Below are positions 56,826 through 64,000 of a stretch of 64,000 nt of DNA, piece after piece. The stretch is from NCBI RefSeq assembly GCF_009914755.1, contig NC_060931.1; one strand, written 5' to 3'. Numbering within the stretch: the stretch's first letter is position 1; every line of letters begins with the position of its first letter. Source of the DNA: the human T2T-CHM13v2.0 reference genome, Homo sapiens. The position numbers and the translations under genes were made by a program. Below the pieces are notes generated by a model. The model had not been told where the DNA came from and did no database searches. It saw only the letters and a program-made list of their open reading frames with translations.

Positions 56826-57522
56826 CTAACCACTTTATTGAGGTGCAGTTGACATATGAAAAGCTGTGTATATTTAAGGTATACAACTTGGTGAGTTTGG
56901 GAATAAGTATACAGCCATAAAACCATTACCATATTCTATGCCATCAACATATCCATCACTTCCAAAGGTTTCCTCTCATTTTACTTATTATTATTTTTGT
57001 GATAAGAATGCTTAGTATAAGAGTTAACATTTTAGCAAATTTTCAGCATACAATACAGTATTGTTAACTATAAGTGCTGTGGTGTATGGTAGCTCTCCAG
57101 TACTTACTCATCTTGTAAAACTAGAGCTTTGTACCTTTTGACTAACATCTCCTTGTTCCCTACCCCCAACCATCCCCTGACAACCACCATTCTATTCTCT
57201 GCTTCCATGAGACTATTTTAAATTTGCCATAAAATTGGTATCATATAACATTTGTCCTGTTCCTGGCTTGTTTCACTTAGCACAATGTCCACCACATTCA
57301 TCTGTGTTGTCACAAATGGCACAATTTGCTTCCTTTTCAAGGCTGAATAATATTCCATTGTATAGGTACATATATATGTATATACCACATTTTCTTTATC
57401 TATTTCTGTAAATGGACATTTAGGTCACTTCTGTGCCTTGTCTATTGTGGACAGTAGAATTAAAATCAGAATCTTGAAGAGATTATTACCACTCCCATGT
57501 TCATTGTAGAACTATTTGTAAT
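56826..57522 (-). mobile_element. L1MA-class 3' end with a short inverted 5' segment (57456-57522)
   Basis: Antisense L1M 3'UTR, then sense AGAATTAAAATCAGAATCTTGAAGAGA..CTCCCATGTTCATTG; TSD-like AGCCA(A/G)CTCTATT(T/C)TTT on both sides. Confidence 0.8.
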
Positions 57523-57914
57523 AGCCAGCTCTATTCTTTTTCCAAAAGAAAGCTGAACTCATGTGAATACATAATGCAAAAACTGGAAAGTATAATAATT
57601 ATACAAAGAAATAGAGAAGCTAAAAAATCGGCATTCAGTCATTGCTTTTATCATCTCATTGGTAAATTCCTTCAGTATGATGGTGAGGTGCCTTATGTTA
57701 CCATGTTCTTGCACAAGCAAAACAGTGACAGTGGTCAACAATGCCCACATACACTGAACTGATGGTATGCATTCCACTATCAGGTAGCTCTTCCTGTAAG
57801 TATTACTCTAACACTACCCATGGCTTCTCCCCATAACCTCTGCCACTCTGAGGTCAAAGTAATTCCTAGTAGGCTGCTTCACAGAAACTATTTTGACAAC
57901 TGCTTAAAAAAAAC

Positions 57915-58016
57915 CATATATATATATATATATACACACATGTATCTCCTGATACACATATATATATCTCCTGATATATATGTATATCTCCTGATATATA
58001 TATATATGTATATCTC

Positions 58017-58058
<42 letters not shown>

Positions 58059-58214
58059 CTGATACATACATATACGAATATATATATATGGAGAGATATA
58101 TATATATATAGAGAGAGAGAGATATATATATATGGAGAAATATATATGGAGATAAATATATATCCCTTTCCATATATATATATCTCCATATATATGTATA
58201 TCTCCATATATATC

Positions 58215-58260
<46 letters not shown>

Positions 58261-58262
58261 GA
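57915..58262. repeat. Complex (TA)n array with internal inverted motifs
   Basis: TA runs interspersed with TCTCCTGAT x5, ATGGAGA x3 and TCTCCAT x2; ends in ATCAGGA. Confidence 0.95.
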
Positions 58263-59454
58263 ACACTATGCCAGCAAATTAGTAAACTGAATGTTTCTTG
58301 ATTTTTTAAAAAAAAATTTTCCTTCCCCAGAAAGAGAGTTGTATCAAACAGTAAAATGGCTATTTTCTTTTCAAATAATTTACATTGATTTTTTGAAACA
58401 TCTTTAAAATTCACATTAAATATCCTAAGAGTCGATGGTGGTTTTATTTTAACAGAAAGATTAATGATTCACCCGAAGTTCGACATTATGTATAACTCAG
58501 AACTCTTCACAGCAACTTTCAAATAAGATTATCAGAACTTCTTGCATGGATTGGCACAGGACTCTGGGATAAATTATCCTGGTAAGAATTTTGAGACTTA
58601 CTACTCTGGACAAGAAAGATAAACTACAGAGCATGCTGGCTTCCTCCCCAAACTGAACACTATAGATGCTACATAAGAGAGAGAGGAGAAAGATGGGTCC
58701 ACTGAACTAACATGATAACTGGATTTCTGCAGGGAGGAAAGGCAGACGTGGTTTGTTGTGAAGGAGACAAGCAGCCTGCAGGAGAGACAGGAATCAGGTA
58801 ACACTGTTGGAGCGAGGCTGGCAGAGGAGGTTTTAATTCTTTAGTTTCATTTTTTGGTGAGAGAGAATAGAAGCATCCTACATGGCCACCTATTGTCCAA
58901 GGAATAACCTCAGTACAGTCCCAACAAGAGTAACGAGATGACGGAAACAAGTCCGACAAGGGAATACTAAATTATCCCTACTTCTCCTGTTCTTGTCCCC
59001 ACAATTGCTCCAGGAACTAGTAGGTTATCTCCACCATCTTCTAAGATGATTATTTTAGAATTACCCGATGAATTTAATGGCAATTCCTAAGGGACGTCAT
59101 TTTCCTGGTAGCATGTAGTAGCAATGTCTGAGGCATTCACGAAAACTGTAGTAAGCCTCAAAGGAAGCTTTAATACCTTCCCAAAAGCGCAATATCACAT
59201 TGTCTGTATTTTCTATGGTAGAGGAAAACTTGAAATTAATAAAAAGTAGCCAGAAAAAGAAACTTTTTGTTCTTAAAACTAATACGCTTTCCTCTGTCTG
59301 ATATGTTTATTTTTATTGAGTATAATTTGTTCATATCCATCCATTAATTTTCATGACTGTATGATACCTGGATAATATTGCATAAGGATATACTAATATA
59401 CGTGAGAATGAAGTGGTTTAAGAAACCCTCTTCCAAAGAGCCTCAAGTAACCAG

Positions 59455-59504
59455 CAGCCTGGGCGACAGAGCGAGACTCCGTCTCAAAAAAAAAAAAAAA
59501 AAAA
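59455..59504 (+). mobile_element. Extreme 5'-truncated young Alu (31 bp plus A19)
   Basis: CAGCCTGGGCGACAGAGCGAGACTCCGTCTC identical to the Alu consensus 3' end with all three CpGs intact. Confidence 0.93.
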
Positions 59505-61497
59505 TAGAAGTTTTTATTCATAACAATAATGCAATCATTTATTAAACAGCTATTATGCTTAATTTGTTTCTTATGTATTTGTGTCTAATTCTTAAAAACA
59601 ACTTCTCACATTCAGAGTTAAGTAACTTGCCCAATGTCACATGGTTAGTAGAGGTTGAGTCAGGATTTGAGCTAAGTTTTGCAAGATCATGAAGTTCACT
59701 CTGTTTATAGCAATAACCATTCAAGCTGAAGATAAATGTTGTCTAGAAGTGGATTTGTAAAGAATTATGTATGTCTGGTTGAAAATCATGTTAAGAACGT
59801 TAGTATACTTGTATTTTTAGAACTATACAATTCATTCATGAAACAATTTTTATTGAATGTTTACCATATGGAAGACATCACAGAAAATATTTACTGATAA
59901 AAAAGGAAAAGCTGTAATCTCTAAGATTTCAAATTTAACAAACAGCTGTCTACAAATAACAGAAATGAATCTCCTCAGGAGTCATCTTGAAATTACGCTA
60001 AAATGCAATTTTCCTTTGAAACTGGAAAATCCACTAAATGAGACAACATTTGGTAATTGGTATTCTTCAGCAACTAGTAGGCTGCATAGTGGGGAAATGA
60101 AAATAGTAAAACCATGAAAGAATAGAGGGAAAAAAGGCTTATAAACTAAACCATCAACATAAATGGCTCTTCTACCTTTTTACTGTTGGCATGTAATGTA
60201 CTAGGCATGGTGCAATTTGCACTCTTTAAAAGTCATTTCTAAACAAAAACCTTAGAGACTTTATCTTTCCTAGTAAACACTTATGATTATAGGTGGGGAT
60301 AAGAGACAAAATTGTTTATCAAAGAATAGTCCTTTTATACAGACAGATGAATAAGAAGTTTCCTCTCATTGAACTTTGAATCAAACAAGTAGCTTAAATG
60401 TAAAGAGTTTAATTACAAACATTAATTCCAATACAGTCTCGGACATTTTAGCATATACAGTTTCAAAGAAAAAAAACTTCTAATTCAAAACTATTATATA
60501 TAAAATAAAGCAAATATTTTCTCATTCATTTCAAATATGGATGTTTGCTTAAGTCTTTGGTCTAAGTAATATGAAACGGTATACTAACTCATCTACCGCA
60601 GACACTAAATATTTTAAACTATTTGATCTTGAAATAATATAAAACAATATTTATAGTTGGAGATTTTATTTTCCTCATAACATGAGAACAAGTAATTCTT
60701 TTGATCATTATATGCCATGTTTTCTTTACTAATTTAGAGATTTCTTCATTTATCTTTAGATTTATGTCTCTATTTCACAATTGTTTAATTGTAATACAGA
60801 CTAGTTTATGCGTATATACTCTTGATTATGTTGTCAATTGTATTTATCATTTATCAAAGATTATTTTTCATTGGTCATGTGTCAAAATATTTCTGACAAG
60901 AGACAGAGAATGGAAATATAAGGGTGTAATGAAGTGAATTTTTATGACCAGAAATACAAATCCATGAACCAAAAATGATTCATATGTGTCTGTGATCTTT
61001 GAGAATTAGGCTTCTCTTATTCGAAGATAAAACCTATACCAATAAAATATTCTTACAGAAAATGTAGATTTAAAGCACTTTACTTTGAACTCTGCACAAA
61101 GAATATGCTTTAAAATGTTGAGCAACTGACTGAGATGTAATTACATTTGACGTATTAAACCTCTCTAGGAATTTTCATTATGATCTTTCCTTTGGGCAAA
61201 TTGAGCAAGTCTGACCTTTGGCACATTCAAGTTTGAATCTTATGTCATAACACATTATTTGAAAACAAACTAAAAATACAATAGAAACATCTCATCTCAT
61301 GATGTCTACATGAAATGACATAAAATAGTTAAAACTCAATTATCCATAAATAAGCATTTCAGCTTTCCACCACCAAAACTAGAATACAAAAACTGGTTTT
61401 GAATAATTATTTGTTGTGATGGCCTCTCAACTGCCTTCCCACTTTTGGGCCTATAAGGCAGGTCATACTCCTTAACATTGCATCATAAAAGTCAGCT

Positions 61498-61788
61498 TCA
61501 GATAGCGACAACATTGAAGGACATTGTTTGAGACCCCTCAGCCACCAGTCCATTTGATCTTAAGCTGTTTTCACCCTCTGGTTCTGCTTTCTTGACTTGA
61601 CATCCAGCGCGTATCCCTCTGTTTTGTCTTTCTCTTACGGATTTGTTGCTTTTTTTCCACTCTTTTGGCATTTGGGCATTATGGGCTCTGTCTTAACCCA
61701 CCCCTTTAGTCTTAGCTTCTCTTACTGTTTTTAGGGGGTTATGCTCCTCTACTTCTAAGCCCTGCAGAATAGCATCCCTTCTTTGGTT
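61498..61788 (-). pseudogene. Coding-like 97-codon stretch with one internal stop (candidate relic exon)
   Basis: NQRRDAILQGLEVEEHNPLKTVREAKTKGVG*DRAHNAQMPKEWKKSNKSVRERQNRGIRAGCQVKKAEPEGENSLRSNGLVAEGSQTMSFNVVAI*; splice sites unclear. Confidence 0.35.
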
Positions 61789-62559
61789 TCCAGAAAAGTC
61801 ATCACCATGACCATCATCATTATAACTAATGTGCTGTCTCATGTAATACTCATAACAACCTGATGAAGCAGGTACTATTATTTCCCCATTTTGCCTTGGT
61901 CAGTTGTAACTACATTTGAATGGCTGAAAATGTCTCATCGCAAGGATCTTTCTGGGCATAATGCCTTTGCCAGTGCTTGGAGACCTTGATAACATTCTTG
62001 GGTGTCTGGCTGTTACTTTCCACTGCTTGCTACATGACAGATATGAACTTAAAGTGTTCTAATAATAAAATCAACTTGGCTAGTGCAGGCTAAAATTTGG
62101 GGCTTAGGATAAGCCCAATTCAAGGCAGTGTTTCTAAACTCTAAAGGCAATCTTGGTCATCAGCTGCTACTCTGTTTCCATTAGTATATGTGACCTCACT
62201 AAAACCATCTATCTTCAAACTAGGTATAGACTTAGAGACAGTAAAACCAGGAACTTTTAACAAAAGGGTACCCTCCCCACCCCAATCAGTATTGTAGGTA
62301 CCTGCCAATTTTGACAGCAACAAGTCAGGTCGGGTTGGGTAGTCCCTGAACAGAGCATGAATACATGTTATTTTTAGTTCTTAGAATACTATAATCATGT
62401 CCAGGAGCTGAGTGAACCACTGACCTTTCCTAAAGAGTTAAATTTACTGAGGAAAATTAGGAAAAGAGGGAAGAGGGGTGAAATTTGAAGTACAGATAAG
62501 GAAACTTAAGAGTCACTACATATCCTTGTTTGTCCCAGGGGGTATTCCAATCCAGAACT

Positions 62560-63130
62560 GTTCCTAACATGTCTAATAGTTATGATTAGTTGAAAAGCAG
62601 CCAGGGTCATAGAAGTTGGCCTGGAAATGGTGCTATGCAAGCTATCCCAAGTATTTTCCATCATTTTATTTCTTTGCTCAGATTTTCTATATTTTTATTT
62701 GTTTTAAGAGGATTTGTAATTGATTTTTGGTGTGTTTTATGACAGCTGCTTTAAAATCTTTGTCAGATATTCCAACATCTAATTTATCTTGTTATTATTG
62801 GCACCAGTGGATTGTCTTTCCTCATTCAGATTGTAGCTTGTCTGGTTCTTGATGAATGATTTTCTGTTACATCCTGGACATTTTAGTTCTTATGTTAGGA
62901 GACACTTGATCCTATTTACACCTTCTGTTTTAGCAGGCAGTTGTCCTGTTTAGGTTCTGCTTGTCAGGTCTGTCCTACTTTTATTGGCTTTAGTTCCAAT
63001 GAAAGTTTAGTTTTCTGAGCTCTTGCAATGTTATTCTGGTTGAATGGTTCTTCATTTTTCGCATGCTGTTGGGCTTACTGCTCAATCAATGTTCTGGTGT
63101 CATCTGTGGAAGTGGAAGGTACTTCCTTGG
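62560..63130 (-). mobile_element. Degraded L1M fragment
   Basis: ACAGCTGCTTTAAAATCTTTGTCAGATATTCCAACATCT resembles antisense old L1 sequence. Confidence 0.6.
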
Positions 63131-63386
63131 GCTACCTACTGTCATTGGGCAACCTGGAGAGGGCCACTGAGGAACAGAGAAAAGCGAGGATATGCCATCT
63201 TGTTCCAGAATTGGGATCCAGCCCAGGTCATCAATCATCCCTCTAAGCGTTCTTGAGAGACTTGACTGCCAAATGAACAAGGATGTTGTCCAGAAAACAC
63301 TCAGGTAGAAGAACATCTAGATGACAACTTTCAATAGAGTATTGTACTCCTTTTCTTAAAGTCAGCCTTCTATTTCTCAGTCTTAC

Positions 63387-63540
63387 CTTGTGCTTTCTGT
63401 AAGGCTCCAGCTTTGTGAAAACCCAGGCTCCATGGAGTTGGCCAGGAGGCCTGCTACCAGGGGATTGGGTAGAAATTCCAAGCAGTAACTCCACTGAGGC
63501 CTTAGAATTCCTGGCACAGATAAGCTCTCTACTTTCTTCT
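63387..63540 (-). pseudogene. Candidate relic exon (154 nt, phase 2 to 0), fully open
   Basis: CATTTTCTTCAAAG|...AAG|GTAAGA; EESRELICARNSKASVELLLGISTQSPGSRPPGQLHGAWVFTKLEPYRKHK; another donor CAG|GTAATC lies 79 nt upstream (63618-63619). Confidence 0.5.
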
Positions 63541-64000
63541 CTTTGAAGAAAATGTTTATCCCATAGAGGAAATAGAGGGTGTTTTTTATTATTTACAAAA
63601 CATTTTATTCCAAGATTACCTGTCTACACACCACTCAAAAACTACTTAGTATTCCCGATGCTTGTTCAAAGATCCTTCTATTCCCCAATTATATCTCAGC
63701 GTGATTTTTCTTCATTTTCTGGCCCTAATCCAGCACTTGACTCAATTGTGCTATTTCTGCCTTAGCTTTCTCAGTATGTCCTGGCATCTTTTTAGTGAGC
63801 GTGACTCCTTCTGTAGCTCCAGGTGTCTCAACATACTGCTCTAACAGCTTTGGCCAGGCAAGGTCCAAGTTGCTGATATAAGTTTACAGGTCCTCACACT
63901 AGTTCTGATTTCCTCTGCAGCAAGTCAAATAGTGCTGATACTTCAGATCTTACAGAAGTGGGGTAGTATAAATCTTGCTTCAAAATAAAATTTCTCGTAT

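Noticed and set aside
57940-58065. Repeated TCTCCTGAT units as a CRISPR-like array
   Set aside because: The spacers are just variable TA runs, the context is eukaryotic, and there are no cas-like ORFs.
57866-58414. 182-aa Ile/Tyr-rich ORF and overlapping frames
   Set aside because: Artefact of the (TA)n array.

Overview
AT-rich, repeat-dense primate (most likely human) genomic DNA with no intact protein-coding gene. Most long ORFs in the supplied track are retrotransposon-derived (L1 ORF1/ORF2, antisense Alu, microsatellites). The repeats include six near-full Alus, one Alu stub, a full-length but disabled L1PA4/5-type element (46971-53106), many older L1/L2/MIR pieces, solo LTRs, Tigger/hAT fossils and a 7SL pseudogene. 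Best-supported oddities: (i) a ~190-bp, apparently two-step 3' transduction carried by the full-length L1; (ii) three 5'-inverted (twin-primed) L1 insertions of different ages; (iii) a CpG-intact 31-bp Alu stub without TSD. The most interesting but least certain signal is a chain of at least 12 minus-strand AG...GT-bounded segments in non-repeat DNA (9.3-63.9 kb). Many are multiples of 3 and phase-compatible, with near-open frames, suggesting a large decayed multi-exon gene (possible unitary pseudogene) that I cannot name. Repeat subfamily names come from recalled consensus sequences, not from a RepeatMasker run.
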